The notes: a model not told the origin generated them from the sequence alone. A stretch of 64,000 bases of DNA from Vicinamibacterales bacterium (GCA_965249105.1 OZ252219.1:3634941-3698940); one strand, 5' to 3'; counted from the stretch's first letter, positions 35,516 through 46,172 are shown. Program-made: numbers and translations.

Positions 35516-36619
35516 TCATGCCTCCGCCGACGCGTGCTGAGAGATGTTCAGCAACATACCCATAGCCAGCAAACTGACCAGCATCGACGACCCGCCGCTG
35601 CTGACGAAGGGAAGCGGTATCCCCTTCGTCGGCACCAGACTCAAGACGACGCTGATGTTGAGAAACGCCTGCAGGGCCACCATCGTCGTGAGCCCAACCG
35701 CAAGCAACGCGCCAAACTGGTCCGGCGCCCGCACCGCAATGCGCAGACCGCGCCAGGTGATCACGCAAAAGCACAGCAGGATCAGGGTGGCGCCGATCAA
35801 GCCTGTTTCTTCGGCGATCACGGCGTAGATGAAGTCGGTAAACGGCTCCGGCAGGAAGAAAAGCTTCTGAACCCCGCCCATGATCCCCTGGCCGAGCAAT
35901 CCGCCGGTCCCAACCGCGATCAGGGACTGGATGATCTGAAAACCGGACCCGAGTGGATCTTCCCAGGGATCGAGAAACGCCAAGAGGCGCTGCCGGCGAT
36001 ACGGCGCGCTGGCCAGCACGATATAGAGCACCGGCCCCAGAGTGACGACCAGGCCAACAAGGTAGCGATACCCGAGACCGGCCGTGAACACCATCATGCC
36101 GACGATCAGGAGGATGGTCAGCGCCGTTCCGAAATCTGGCTCCATGACGATCAACGCTGATACCGCGCCGGCCACGATCACGATTGGCAGCAGCGAATAG
36201 GACAACTCGTCGATCCGGTTCATCCGTCGGGCGAGGTTGTCGGCCGAAAAGACGATCACGGCGATCTTCGCCAACTCCGAGGGCTGGACACCGACCCCCC
36301 CAACGGCAAACCATCGGCGCGTGCCGTTGATCTCCGGTCCGAAGAAGAGCACCGCGATCAGCGCCAGAACTGACGTACCAAGAGCCGTCCAGAGGACGAC
36401 CGGCTGCTTCAGATTCCGGTAGTCCACCCGCATGGCGACCAGCAGTAGACACAGGCCAAGAAGCACCCACGTGACCTGCTTAAACAGGAAGTAGTACGGC
36501 TGACCGTGCTGCTCGTCGGCGATCATCGCAGACGCGCTGTACACCATGACGACGCTGCAGCAGACGAGCAGCAGCACCGAGAGAAAGAGCAGCTTGTCCG
36601 ATTTCAGTTTTCGCGCCAT
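35516..36619 (-). CDS. ftsW: Peptidoglycan polymerase FtsW
   Basis: VYSAS, QPSELAK, EPDFGT, LPEPFTDFI, PTKGIPLPFVSSGGSS. Confidence 0.96.
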   Translation of the reverse strand: MARKLKSDKLLFLSVLLLVCCSVVMVYSASAMIADEQHGQPYYFLFKQVTWVLLGLCLLLVAMRVDYRNLKQPVVLWTALGTSVLALIAVLFFGPEINGTRRWFAVGGVGVQPSELAKIAVIVFSADNLARRMNRIDELSYSLLPIVIVAGAVSALIVMEPDFGTALTILLIVGMMVFTAGLGYRYLVGLVVTLGPVLYIVLASAPYRRQRLLAFLDPWEDPLGSGFQIIQSLIAVGTGGLLGQGIMGGVQKLFFLPEPFTDFIYAVIAEETGLIGATLILLCFCVITWRGLRIAVRAPDQFGALLAVGLTTMVALQAFLNISVVLSLVPTKGIPLPFVSSGGSSMLVSLLAMGMLLNISQHASAEA

Positions 36620-36695
36620 ACTCGGCGTTTCCTTGGCCGCCGTGTTTCGGGGCGGCTATAGTCTTGACCCGTTTGGCCCGACACTACGATTGCGG

Positions 36696-36823
36696 GTGAG
36701 CGGTCAGCAGTCATCAGCCAGCGCCGAGGGTGAAGACACTAGCCTCGCAGGCCGGGGCAGCCTGCACTCCCAGCGGCCGGCTCTCCACCGCGTCAGTCCG
36801 GCTGATGACTGCTGACGACTCAC
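36696..36823. repeat. Inverted repeat between murD and ftsW
   Basis: Perfect 17-bp IR GTCAGCAGTCATCAGCC, extending to 24 bp with 2 mismatches (36696-36719 / 36800-36823). Confidence 0.75.
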
Positions 36824-38199
36824 CTCGCATCCTTCTCTGTCTCGAGGCGTTCAACCTCCACCTTGAACGCCCCGCCTCGTTCCGCGTAGTCCGAAAACAT
36901 GTCAAAGCTCGCGCACGCTGGGGCGAGCAGGACCGTGCCGCCAGGTGGTGCCGCGGCAAACGCCAGCCGCACTGCTTCGCCCATCGTGTCGGCCTCCTGC
37001 ACGTGGACGACGGCCCCGAACGCTTCGCGAAGGCGTGAGCGTGCCTCGCCGATAGCGACGACCGCTGTCGCCCTGGTGCTCAAGGGCGGGGCGAGCTCGC
37101 TTAGCTCTCCACCCTTGAACTGCCCCCCCATGATCACGACGAGGTCCTCGTCGAAACACTCGATCGCGGCACGGGCTGCCGCGATGTTGGTCGCCTTCGA
37201 GTCGTTGACAAAGCACACACCGTCGACCTCACCCACCGTCTCAAGCGCGTGCGGCAGACCAGCGAACGACTCGACCGCACGCCGCATCGCACCGGCCGAC
37301 GCATCTGCCACGGTACCGACGGCAGCGGCCGCCAGCACGTCGCTGAGCAGGTGTCTACCACGGACCCGAATCGAGGACAGCGGCAGCAGCGGTCGGTCGC
37401 CCGCGGACGATCGATACGTGACGTGGTCGTCGGTCACCGTCACGCCCTCGTCCAACGAATCGGTCATCCCGAAGAGCAACCGCCTCGCTCGGCCCCGGCG
37501 GGCGATCTCCAACACCTGCGGATCGTCGGCATTGATCACCATGGCGTCGCTGCTCGTCTGATTGGCAAAGATTCGCGCCTTGGCCTCGGCGTACTCGCCA
37601 AAGCTGACGTGTCGGTCCAGGTGATCGGCCGACAGATTGAGAAACACGGCGATCCACGGCCGGAACATCTCGGTCAACTCGAGCTGAAAGCTGCTGGTCT
37701 CCACGACGTGGATCACGTCTGGCGCCGACTGCTCGACCTGACTGCTGAGTGCCGTGCCCACGTTGCCTCCAACCAGCGCCACCTCGCCGGCTGCCTCGAG
37801 TATTCGTCCGGTCAGCACCGTCGTCGTCGACTTCCCCTTCGTGCCAGTTACCGCCACGATCCGGCCACGCAGCCAACGTGCGGCAAGCTCCACCTCGCTG
37901 ATCACCGGAATGCCGCGCTGCCGCGCTCGGTCGATGACCGGTAGCCGAGGCGACACACCTGGGCTGAGCACGATCAACTCGGCCTCCGCCAGCGTCTCCG
38001 CGCCATGCCCGCCCAACTCCAACGTGATCCCCAAGCTCCTCAACCGTTCGGCCTCGGCGATCGTCTCTCGCACATCGGTCAGCACGACCACACCACCCCG
38101 GCGCGCGATCAGCTCGGCGGCGGCCACGCCACTGCGGGCGGCACCCACGACCACCACCCGCGCGCGTTCGACCGAGAACTCCATCGTGCCGGCACCCAT
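36820..38199 (-). CDS. murD: UDP-MurNAc-L-Ala--D-Glu ligase (start 38199 or 38184)
   Basis: GAARSG, SPGV, TGTKGKSTT, ETSSFQL, DHLDRH, NDSKATN, LAPACASFDMF. Confidence 0.96.
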   Translation of the reverse strand: MGAGTMEFSVERARVVVVGAARSGVAAAELIARRGGVVVLTDVRETIAEAERLRSLGITLELGGHGAETLAEAELIVLSPGVSPRLPVIDRARQRGIPVISEVELAARWLRGRIVAVTGTKGKSTTTVLTGRILEAAGEVALVGGNVGTALSSQVEQSAPDVIHVVETSSFQLELTEMFRPWIAVFLNLSADHLDRHVSFGEYAEAKARIFANQTSSDAMVINADDPQVLEIARRGRARRLLFGMTDSLDEGVTVTDDHVTYRSSAGDRPLLPLSSIRVRGRHLLSDVLAAAAVGTVADASAGAMRRAVESFAGLPHALETVGEVDGVCFVNDSKATNIAAARAAIECFDEDLVVIMGGQFKGGELSELAPPLSTRATAVVAIGEARSRLREAFGAVVHVQEADTMGEAVRLAFAAAPPGGTVLLAPACASFDMFSDYAERGGAFKVEVERLETEKDAR

Positions 38200-39284
38200 C
38201 AGCGCAGCTTCAACGTCGTCAGGCTGAAGAGCGCAAAGACGATCGCGACGATCATGAACCGAGTAATCACCTTCGGCTCGCTCCAGCCGATCAGCTCGAA
38301 GTGGTGATGAATGGGCGCCATCCGGAACACGCGCCGGCCGGTCAACTTGAAGACCCCGACCTGGACGATCACCGAGAGTGCCTCGATCACGAAGACGGCG
38401 CCGACGATCGGCAGGAGGAGTTCCTGCTTGATCAGCAGCGCCACCGTGCCAAGCGCCCCGCCAAGGGCCAGCGACCCGACATCGCCCATAAAGACCTCGG
38501 CGGGATAGGAGTTGTACCAAAGGAAGCCAAGACCGGCACCGACCAGCGACCCACAGAAGATCGTCAGCTCGGCCGCGGGCGAGAACCGCACCAAGAGGAG
38601 ATACGAGGCCAGCACTGCGTGACCGCTGATGTAGGCCAGGGCGGTGAACGCGACGGCTGACACCGTGAACACGCTGATCGCCAGCCCGTCGAGCCCGTCC
38701 GTGAGGTTGACGGCGTTCGAGAAGCCGACCAGCCAGACAATCGAAAACGGCACATAGAGCCATCCGATGTCTGGCATCAACCCCTTGTCGAATGGGAAGA
38801 GCAGCTGTGTGTTGTAGAGTCCCTGCGCGCTCAGCACGAGCAACGACACGCCCACACCGGCGGCAACAACACACTGAAAGAAGAACTTGGACCTCGGCCT
38901 CAGCCCGTGATGCGACTTGTGTCTTATCTTGAGCGCGTCGTCGGCGAACCCGATAGCTCCGAACCCCAAGGTCGACAGCACAGCCACCCACACATACGAG
39001 TTCCGCAAATCCACCCAGAGCAGCGTCGGGACGATCGCGGCGCCGAGGATGAGCAGTCCGCCCATGGTCGGCGTGCCCGCCTTGGCGCCATGTGTCTCCG
39101 GACCATCGTGCCGCACGACCTGGCCGATCTGGCGGGCTCGCAGTGTCCGAATCACGGGCGGCCCCAACACCACCGAGAACACGAATGCCGTCAGACTCGC
39201 CGCCGCCGTCCTGAACGTGATGTATTGCGTCACGTTCAACACAGACCATTGCGTGTGAAGTGGGTAGAGCAGGTGATAGAGCAT
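38199..39284 (-). CDS. mraY: Phospho-MurNAc-pentapeptide transferase
   Basis: GTPTMGG, NAVNLTDGLDG, FMGDVGSL, MAPIHHHFEL. Confidence 0.98.
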   Translation of the reverse strand: MLYHLLYPLHTQWSVLNVTQYITFRTAAASLTAFVFSVVLGPPVIRTLRARQIGQVVRHDGPETHGAKAGTPTMGGLLILGAAIVPTLLWVDLRNSYVWVAVLSTLGFGAIGFADDALKIRHKSHHGLRPRSKFFFQCVVAAGVGVSLLVLSAQGLYNTQLLFPFDKGLMPDIGWLYVPFSIVWLVGFSNAVNLTDGLDGLAISVFTVSAVAFTALAYISGHAVLASYLLLVRFSPAAELTIFCGSLVGAGLGFLWYNSYPAEVFMGDVGSLALGGALGTVALLIKQELLLPIVGAVFVIEALSVIVQVGVFKLTGRRVFRMAPIHHHFELIGWSEPKVITRFMIVAIVFALFSLTTLKLR

Positions 39285-40702
39285 CAGCCCAACTCCGCCA
39301 CCAGGCGGTCCACGACGCGCTCAGTCCTGACTCCCCGCGACCCCTTGACCAGCACAAGGTCCCCGCCCTCCACCAACCGGACCATGTCCTCTGCCGCGTC
39401 CTCGCTGGTGGCGAACGTGGAGACCGATCCACCGGGTAACCCGGCCGCGATCGCGCCGTCGGCGAGGGCATGCGCCGCCGGACCGCCGACTGAAACGAGA
39501 AGGTCGAAGCCGGCTTCGACAACCGCCCGACCCGATCGCCGATGGAGCCTCTCAGCGTGCTGACCCAACTCCAGCATCTCGCCGACCACCGCGATGCGAC
39601 GTCGTGCGGTCGCGGTTTGACCCACGGTCGCCAACGCTCCTTCGAGCGCGAGAGGATTCGAGTTGTAGCTGTCGTCAACGACAGTCACGTCACCCAGATA
39701 CAATATCCGGCCGCGACCGGGCTCCGCCGTGACGCCGCCGACTCGGGACAGCACTAACTCCAGCGGGATCTGAAACTGGCAGGCCACGGCGACCGCGGCC
39801 AGAACGTTGGCGACGTTGCCCTCTCCAAGAAGGGGCGTGCGAAGGGCGCCGGAGCCAGTGGGGGTCGTGACGGTGGCCTCCATCCCGGCCAGGCCCAGAC
39901 TACGAACCTCGGTCGCCTGAACGTCCGCCTCTACGTCGATGCCGAACGTCGTGACCTTTCCGGGAAAGTCCGAGATTCGCGACATCACCCTGTCGTCCGC
40001 GGCGTTGGCGACGAGCGCGCTCCCCGCCGTCGCCGACTCTAAGATTTCCGCCTTGGCGTCGGCGATTCCCTCGACCGATACGAAGAACTCAGAATGGACC
40101 TCGGCCACATTGGTCCACACGCGATGCTCTGGCTCGGCGATGTCGACCAACGTGCGGATCTCTCCCGCGTGATTCATACCAAGCTCGACCACCGCCACCT
40201 CAGGTCGCCGGCGCAACTCGATCAGCGAAAGCGGAAGACCGATGTGGTTGTTCAGGTTGCCGACCGTGCGAAAGACATCATGCTGGCTAGCCAGCACCGC
40301 CGCCGTAAGCTCCTTCGTCGTCGTCTTGCCAACGCTCCCGGTGATCGCGACGACACGAGTCCCCGATGCCCGCCTCACGAACTGCCCGAGAAGTTGCAGC
40401 GCGCGGGTGGTGTCCGGGACAACGATCACGAACGGCACGCCCGACGACCCTCTCTCGACACCGACCGCCGATGCATTGCTGACGATCACACCCGTCGCTC
40501 CCTCACCCAGCGCGTCGGCGACGAAGTCGTGACCGTCAAACCGATCTCCCCGAATAGCCACGAAGAGGTCGCCCTGCGTCATCCGACGACTGTCGATCGA
40601 CACCCTTCCGACTTGAGCATCCGAACGGCCGGCAAAGAGCCGCCCTCCCACCGCCGAGACCACATCGGCGGCTCGGAGCACGACCGGCACACGTGTCGGC
40701 AC
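39284..40702 (-). CDS. murF: UDP-MurNAc-tripeptide--D-Ala-D-Ala ligase
   Basis: DSRR, GSVGKTTTKE, NNHIGLPL, ELGMNHAGEI, DDSYNSNP, KGSRG. Confidence 0.97.
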   Translation of the reverse strand: MPTRVPVVLRAADVVSAVGGRLFAGRSDAQVGRVSIDSRRMTQGDLFVAIRGDRFDGHDFVADALGEGATGVIVSNASAVGVERGSSGVPFVIVVPDTTRALQLLGQFVRRASGTRVVAITGSVGKTTTKELTAAVLASQHDVFRTVGNLNNHIGLPLSLIELRRRPEVAVVELGMNHAGEIRTLVDIAEPEHRVWTNVAEVHSEFFVSVEGIADAKAEILESATAGSALVANAADDRVMSRISDFPGKVTTFGIDVEADVQATEVRSLGLAGMEATVTTPTGSGALRTPLLGEGNVANVLAAVAVACQFQIPLELVLSRVGGVTAEPGRGRILYLGDVTVVDDSYNSNPLALEGALATVGQTATARRRIAVVGEMLELGQHAERLHRRSGRAVVEAGFDLLVSVGGPAAHALADGAIAAGLPGGSVSTFATSEDAAEDMVRLVEGGDLVLVKGSRGVRTERVVDRLVAELG

Positions 40703-40708
40703 GGCCCG

Positions 40709-42211
40709 TCATCCCACCCGCGAGCCCGATCGCCGCCGTCGGGCCAAAGCATCACGCGCGACCACGGCGTCCTCGAAGGGCAACAAGCGCGAGCCGACCA
40801 CCTGATAGCGCTCGTGCCCTTTGCCGGCGACCACCACCAGATCACCGGGACGGGCCTCCCCGATCGCCCGCGTGATCGCTTCCTCCCTATTCAGCACCGT
40901 GATCCACTCTGTGTCGCCTGCCGCAGCGCCGGCCTCGATATCCCTCGCGATGGCGGCAGGATCCTCCGACCGCGGGTTGTCGGACGTGATAACGACCAGG
41001 TCGCTCAGACGGGACGCCACCGTCCCCATGAGCGGGCGCTTCGTGCGGTCGCGGTCACCGCCGCATCCCAGGACGGTGATCAGACGACCGCGCGCCAGCG
41101 GTCGCGCGGTGTCGAGAAGTCCCTTGAGCGCGTCGTCGGTATGAGCGAAGTCGACGACCACACCAACATCGTCATCGGAGCCAGAAACGATCTCCATCCG
41201 GCCAGGAACGCTCTCAACCGACGCCAGCCCGCGCTCAATCGCGCTAAACGGGAGAGACAACGCGGCACCGGCAGCCGCGGCGGCGAGCACGTTGTAGGCG
41301 TTGCTTCGACCAGGGAGCCGTGACCTCACGTGCAGAGGGCCGCGAGGAGTGCGAACGTCGAGCTCAACCCCGTCCAGCGACAACTCCAACCGGTCCGGCC
41401 TGACATCGGCGGCCGAGTCGATGGCATAGGTCACCGGCCGGCCAACCTCCTTCGACAGACGCCGCCCGTACTGGTCGTCGACGTTGACGACGGCGGGTGA
41501 TGACCGGTCCAACATCCCGAACAGTTTTCGCTTGGCCGCGAAATAGCTGGACATGTCGGGGTGAAAATCGAGGTGGTCCCGCGTCAGGTTCGTGAAGATC
41601 CCGGCAGCGAACCTGATGGCATCCACTCGATGAAGGTCCAATGCGTGTGACGAGACTTCCATCACGCAACCCTGGCGGCCGTTGGTGACCATGTCGCGCA
41701 GCATCGCTTGTAGGTCTGTCGACTCGGGCGTCGTGCGCTCCGCGGACCGCTCCTCGCCGTCACCGACGCAATACGACACGGAGCTCACCCGACCGCACGG
41801 GATCCCGGCTTCCTCGAGAATCCCCTCTACGAGATAGGTAGTGGTCGTCTTGCCATTCGTACCAGTGGTCCCGACCACAAGCAGCTCGTGGCTGGGATTG
41901 CGGTGATAGGCAGCGGACAAGCGGGCAAGTGCCTCGCGCGTGTCCGCCGTCTGTATCCAGTGACCGGAGAATCCAGGAACCGCGTCACGCTGCGCGACGA
42001 CGGCGGCCGCTCCTCGTTCCTGAGCCTCGAGCGCGAAGGCGGCACCGTCAACCCGCTGTCCCGGCATGGCGACGAACAGGTTGCCCGACCGTACGGCACG
42101 CGAGTCATACGCCACCCCCGTCACCAGCGTGCCCTCGATCCCCACAGGCATCCCGGCCGGGTCCAGACCGGCATCTCGCCATAGCCTCTCCAGCGGAACC
42201 GGCTGGCTCAC
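40709..42211 (-). CDS. murE: UDP-MurNAc-dipeptide--DAP ligase
   Basis: GTNGKTT, TTPES, MEVSSHAL, DHLDFH, DFAHT, DNPR (DAP-type), GKGHE. Confidence 0.97.
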   Translation of the reverse strand: MSQPVPLERLWRDAGLDPAGMPVGIEGTLVTGVAYDSRAVRSGNLFVAMPGQRVDGAAFALEAQERGAAAVVAQRDAVPGFSGHWIQTADTREALARLSAAYHRNPSHELLVVGTTGTNGKTTTTYLVEGILEEAGIPCGRVSSVSYCVGDGEERSAERTTPESTDLQAMLRDMVTNGRQGCVMEVSSHALDLHRVDAIRFAAGIFTNLTRDHLDFHPDMSSYFAAKRKLFGMLDRSSPAVVNVDDQYGRRLSKEVGRPVTYAIDSAADVRPDRLELSLDGVELDVRTPRGPLHVRSRLPGRSNAYNVLAAAAAGAALSLPFSAIERGLASVESVPGRMEIVSGSDDDVGVVVDFAHTDDALKGLLDTARPLARGRLITVLGCGGDRDRTKRPLMGTVASRLSDLVVITSDNPRSEDPAAIARDIEAGAAAGDTEWITVLNREEAITRAIGEARPGDLVVVAGKGHERYQVVGSRLLPFEDAVVARDALARRRRSGSRVG

Positions 42212-44340
42212 CTTTCGCCTCCCGCTGCTTGGAACTGTCGCTCCAAGTGGAGCGTCACCGTCCGGCCTCGCTCAAGGGCGGTCCCCGTCGCTGGCTGCTG
42301 CCGCGCGACGAAGCCATCGCCGTCCAGGATTGGCGTCATGCCGAAGGAACCCAACACGGCGATTGCTTGACGTGGGCTCAGGCCACGAAGGTCAGGCATC
42401 AGACCACTCTGCGGGTCGTCGTCGGCAGAAGCCGTCAGCATGGCAGGCGTGGGCAGCTGTCTGGTTGACGCGAGAGCGACGGGTGGCGGCCCCGGTTCTT
42501 CTCTGAAGATGGGCGGGTTGGGGTTGACCGTCGGCACGACCGCGCGGTGGCGCAACGTGGCTTCGGCAATACGCTGGAAGATCGGCGCGGCCACCGCGCC
42601 CCCGGTGTACTTCGGGCCACGCGGCGTGTCGATCATCACCAGGATCGTGAGCTCGGGTCGGCGCGACGGAACGAACCCGACGAAAGTGGCGTAGTGGTCG
42701 GTGTTCGAGTATCCGCCAGCGACGGCCTTCTGGGTTGTGCCGGTCTTGCCGGCAACCCGATACCCAGCGACCCGTGAGGCCTTGGCCGTGCCACGTTCGG
42801 CAACGCCTTCCATGATCTCTCTGAGTTCGACGGCGGTCTCCTCACTGATGGCACGTCGAACGACGCGGCTCGGGTTCTCGGCGCGCAAGCCGTTGCGAAT
42901 AGTGGCCCGTACCAGTCGGGGCTCGAGCAACTCACCGCCGTTGGCGACCGCACTCACCATCGCGGCCACCTGCAACGGAGTCACGGCGACCTGGTAGCCC
43001 ATCGAGATCGAGGCGATCGCACGATCGCTCTCCAGATCCGACGTCGAGTAGACGATGCCACGAGCCTGCGCCGGGAGGTCACGCGCCAGGGCTTCGCCGA
43101 ATCCGAACCGACGGATATAGCGACTCAAACCCTCCGCCCCGATCCGCAAGCCGATTTTCACCGCACCCACGTTGCTCGACTTGATGATGACGTCGTCAAA
43201 GCTCATCGGGTCCGGGTAGACGAACATGTCCTCGATCGGCTTTCCTCGGTCCACCCGAATGATCCCGGCACTGACATCGAACAGATCAGTTCGGCTCGCG
43301 ACACCTTCCTCCAGCGCGGCTGCGGCCGTCACTATCTTGAAGGTGGAACCAGGCTCGTAGATGTCCTGGATGGACCGGTTTCGCCGTGCACTTTCTTCCG
43401 AGTCTGAAAAAATGTTCGGAAGAATGTTCGGATTGAACGTCGGCCAGTTGGCCATGGCAAGAATGTCACCGGTGTACGGGTCGAGGACCACCACCGCCCC
43501 CGCGTCGGCCTTGCGCTCGCGAACGCCACGCTCGAGCTCACGCTCGGCGATGTACTGGATGTGCTTGTCGATCGTCAGTTCCAGCGTGGCACCGGTCGTG
43601 GGCGGTCGCTCAAGACGGCTAAACGCCCGTCCACGCGCGTCGATTTGAGTGAGACTCAGACCCTCCCGCCCCTTGATCTCCGAGTCATAGGTAGACTCGA
43701 TTCCCGCCAGCCCCTGGCTATCTACGCCGACATATCCAAGCACATGAGCTGCCAACTGTCCGTTTGGGTAATACCGCCGACTCTCCGGCAGGAACAAGAC
43801 CCCGGTGAGGTCAAGTTCAGCGACACGCTTGGCCATGTCCGGCGGCACCTGACGCCGGACATAGGCGAACTCACCGGACCCGGAGAGCCCCGCCTCTATC
43901 TCCGCCCGCTCCTCGTCAGAACAGTCGAGGACGCCGCACAACTGCGCCGTGACCCCGGGCGCGTCGTCGATCTCACGGGGCACCGCCCAGACCGCGTCGC
44001 CGTCGACGCTATAAGCGAGGATGCGACCATGTCGGTCGAGAATCTCACCGCGCTTGGGTTGCACTTTGATGCTTCGACTCCGCTGGCGCTCGGCGCGGAC
44101 CGTCAACTCGTCGTGGCTGATGACCTGCAGGAAGATCAGTCGTGCCTCGATCGCGACCGTCCAGACGGCGAACACGAGTCCGGCGGTGAGCAACCGGCGG
44201 CGAACCACCTGCTTCCACGAGTGCGGTCGTCGCGCACGCGCACGTCGTCCCGTCCGACCGAGAGTCGTCGGGATCCGAGGTCGAGCCGACCAGAGCCGGT
44301 CAACCCAGCTATGGATGGATGTCCACGTTGTCATCAGCAT
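42208..44340 (-). CDS. ftsI: Class B penicillin-binding protein FtsI with PASTA domain
   Basis: RGEILDR, EPGSTFK (SxxK), SSN, GKTGT, C-terminal MPDLRG. Confidence 0.95.
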   Translation of the reverse strand: MLMTTWTSIHSWVDRLWSARPRIPTTLGRTGRRARARRPHSWKQVVRRRLLTAGLVFAVWTVAIEARLIFLQVISHDELTVRAERQRSRSIKVQPKRGEILDRHGRILAYSVDGDAVWAVPREIDDAPGVTAQLCGVLDCSDEERAEIEAGLSGSGEFAYVRRQVPPDMAKRVAELDLTGVLFLPESRRYYPNGQLAAHVLGYVGVDSQGLAGIESTYDSEIKGREGLSLTQIDARGRAFSRLERPPTTGATLELTIDKHIQYIAERELERGVRERKADAGAVVVLDPYTGDILAMANWPTFNPNILPNIFSDSEESARRNRSIQDIYEPGSTFKIVTAAAALEEGVASRTDLFDVSAGIIRVDRGKPIEDMFVYPDPMSFDDVIIKSSNVGAVKIGLRIGAEGLSRYIRRFGFGEALARDLPAQARGIVYSTSDLESDRAIASISMGYQVAVTPLQVAAMVSAVANGGELLEPRLVRATIRNGLRAENPSRVVRRAISEETAVELREIMEGVAERGTAKASRVAGYRVAGKTGTTQKAVAGGYSNTDHYATFVGFVPSRRPELTILVMIDTPRGPKYTGGAVAAPIFQRIAEATLRHRAVVPTVNPNPPIFREEPGPPPVALASTRQLPTPAMLTASADDDPQSGLMPDLRGLSPRQAIAVLGSFGMTPILDGDGFVARQQPATGTALERGRTVTLHLERQFQAAGGER

Positions 44341-44776
44341 CAGCTCGAGGCGCGGTACTCGCGTCGCTCATGGCGGCGGCATCGTCGGAACGTCGGGCGA
44401 TCATTGCCTGGGGAACCGGCGACGGCCGTTGCCGCTCGATGATGATCGCTTCGTCGGCCCTGGGCGCCACGAGATGCAGCTCTTCGGTTGCGATCTGCTC
44501 GATCCGCTCTGGCGCCTTGAGAGTCTCGATCTCGAGCCGGAGATGGCGATTGAGCTCGAGCTCGCGTGCGCGCCCTTGTTGCATCTGCTCGATCTCATAC
44601 CCGTGACGCAACAGCTCGAAGTGCTGCCAGGCGGAAAAGAGCACCACCGCAACCAGGAAGACGCCGATGCCGGCTGATCGCCACAACTCGAGCTGGCGAT
44701 CCTGATCGATCTCGCGGACGATCGGGTTGTTCCGAATGTCCTTCTTGATGGCGCGTTCGAAGTCCGTCGGGGTCAT
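44309..44776 (-). CDS. ftsL: Cell division protein FtsL
   Basis: TM plus coiled coil, PERIEQIATEEL, located between rsmH and ftsI. Confidence 0.85.
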   Translation of the reverse strand: MTPTDFERAIKKDIRNNPIVREIDQDRQLELWRSAGIGVFLVAVVLFSAWQHFELLRHGYEIEQMQQGRARELELNRHLRLEIETLKAPERIEQIATEELHLVAPRADEAIIIERQRPSPVPQAMIARRSDDAAAMSDASTAPRADADDNVDIHP

Positions 44777-45696
44777 GGGGCCACTCTTTCCACTGCACGC
44801 AGCTTGGCGCTCCGGGCGCGCCGGTTGCGATGGGCTTCGTCGGGAGCCGGTCGCATTGGACGTTTGGTCAACACGCGCACCAGGACTTCAGCCTCGCCGC
44901 GCTCGCGACTAAGCTCGCGAAAGACCGTCTTCACGACCCGGTCCTCGAGCGAATGAAACGCGACAACGACGAAACGAGCACCGGCCGCCAATCGCCTACA
45001 GACCGATCGCAGAAAAGAGTCGAGCCCGTCGAGTTCGTCGTTGACCCAGATCCGCAGCGCCTGAAACGTGCGGGTCGCCGGATCGATCCGGGGTCGGCCC
45101 CTCCGCGGCACCGCACGTCGCACCAGCGCGGCCAGTTCACCGGTGGTGGCGATTGGCTGACGTGCCTGCTGGTCGACGATGCCCCGAGCAATGCGGCGAG
45201 AGTATCGCTCCTCGCCATACTTGAAGATGATGTCGGCGAGTGCGGACTCCGATACATCGCGCAGGAGGTCTGCCGCCGTGGGGCCGCGCGAACGGTCCAT
45301 TCGCATGTCGAGCGGCTCATCTCGCCGAAAGCTGAATCCCCGCCCCTCCCCGTCGATCTGCATCGACGACATCCCCAGGTCGGCGACTGCCCCGTCAACC
45401 GCCGAGATCCCGCGCTGGTCGAGAATGTCATCGATCTCCCGATAGTCGGCGTGCACCAGCTCGACCTGACGCGACCAGGAGGACAGAGCGCCGGCAGCGA
45501 CCGACAGTGCGTCGGGGTCGCGGTCGATACCGATGATCCGACCCGCACCCGCCTCGAATAGCGCCCGCGAGTGCCCACCAGCTCCGACCGTGCAATCGAG
45601 GATGCGCATGTCCGGACCGGGCTCAAGACAGGCGACCATCTCGGTGGTCATCACCGGCTCGTGTCCCCGTACTCGGCCTTCGTCGATCTGGTCCAT
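44773..45696 (-). CDS. rsmH: 16S rRNA m4C1402 methyltransferase
   Basis: HEPVM, DCTVGAGGHS, DLGMSSMQ, LDMRMD, FQALRI, FHSLEDR, RARSAKLR. Confidence 0.97.
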   Translation of the reverse strand: MDQIDEGRVRGHEPVMTTEMVACLEPGPDMRILDCTVGAGGHSRALFEAGAGRIIGIDRDPDALSVAAGALSSWSRQVELVHADYREIDDILDQRGISAVDGAVADLGMSSMQIDGEGRGFSFRRDEPLDMRMDRSRGPTAADLLRDVSESALADIIFKYGEERYSRRIARGIVDQQARQPIATTGELAALVRRAVPRRGRPRIDPATRTFQALRIWVNDELDGLDSFLRSVCRRLAAGARFVVVAFHSLEDRVVKTVFRELSRERGEAEVLVRVLTKRPMRPAPDEAHRNRRARSAKLRAVERVAP

Positions 45697-45698
45697 GG

Positions 45699-46139
45699 TC
45701 AGATGTCGTATTCGGCCAGCGCTCGCGCGTCGTCGTCGGTGAAGGGATAACGTTTGCGACGTTCGACGAAGACGTCGTGGTTCCAGACTTCGAGATAGTC
45801 CAACTGCCCGAGCACGTCTACCTCTCCCGCCATACGCGCCGCTTCGCGCACGCGGCTATGGACCAGGACGCGACCTTGTTTGTCGAACTCTGCCGGCTGC
45901 CCAAAGAAGTTGACCTGCTCGGAGTACCGTTTTCGAGACGGATGAGTGGAGGGAACCTTGGCGAGCTTTCGCTCGACGCGGGTCCACACCCGCATTGGGT
46001 ACAGCAAGACTGACTCACCCGTGAGGCTTGTCACGAACAGCGAGCGTCCATACTTCTGCTCGATGTAGGCACGGAAAGCCGTCGGGATCTTTAGTCGTCC
46101 CTTGTCGTCAATTTTTGCGGAGAAGTTGCCCCGGAGCAC
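45699..46139 (-). CDS. mraZ: Transcriptional regulator MraZ
   Basis: IDDKGRLKIP and FDKQGRVL repeats, LEVWN; GTG start 46139. Confidence 0.93.
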   Translation of the reverse strand: MLRGNFSAKIDDKGRLKIPTAFRAYIEQKYGRSLFVTSLTGESVLLYPMRVWTRVERKLAKVPSTHPSRKRYSEQVNFFGQPAEFDKQGRVLVHSRVREAARMAGEVDVLGQLDYLEVWNHDVFVERRKRYPFTDDDARALAEYDI

Positions 46140-46147
46140 CCTATTAC

Positions 46148-46172
46148 TCCACTTCTGTCCACAGGAATCCAC
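46148..46172 (-). promoter_or_regulatory. MraZ-binding direct repeats (3 x GTGGA, 10-nt period)
   Basis: Plus-strand TCCAC at 46148, 46158 and 46168, directly upstream of mraZ; matches the known MraZ box arrangement. Confidence 0.8.

Noticed and set aside
36820..39678. 952-aa ORF as a giant MurD fusion
   Set aside because: The upstream part is an alternative frame over mraY and murF; MurD similarity starts near 38199
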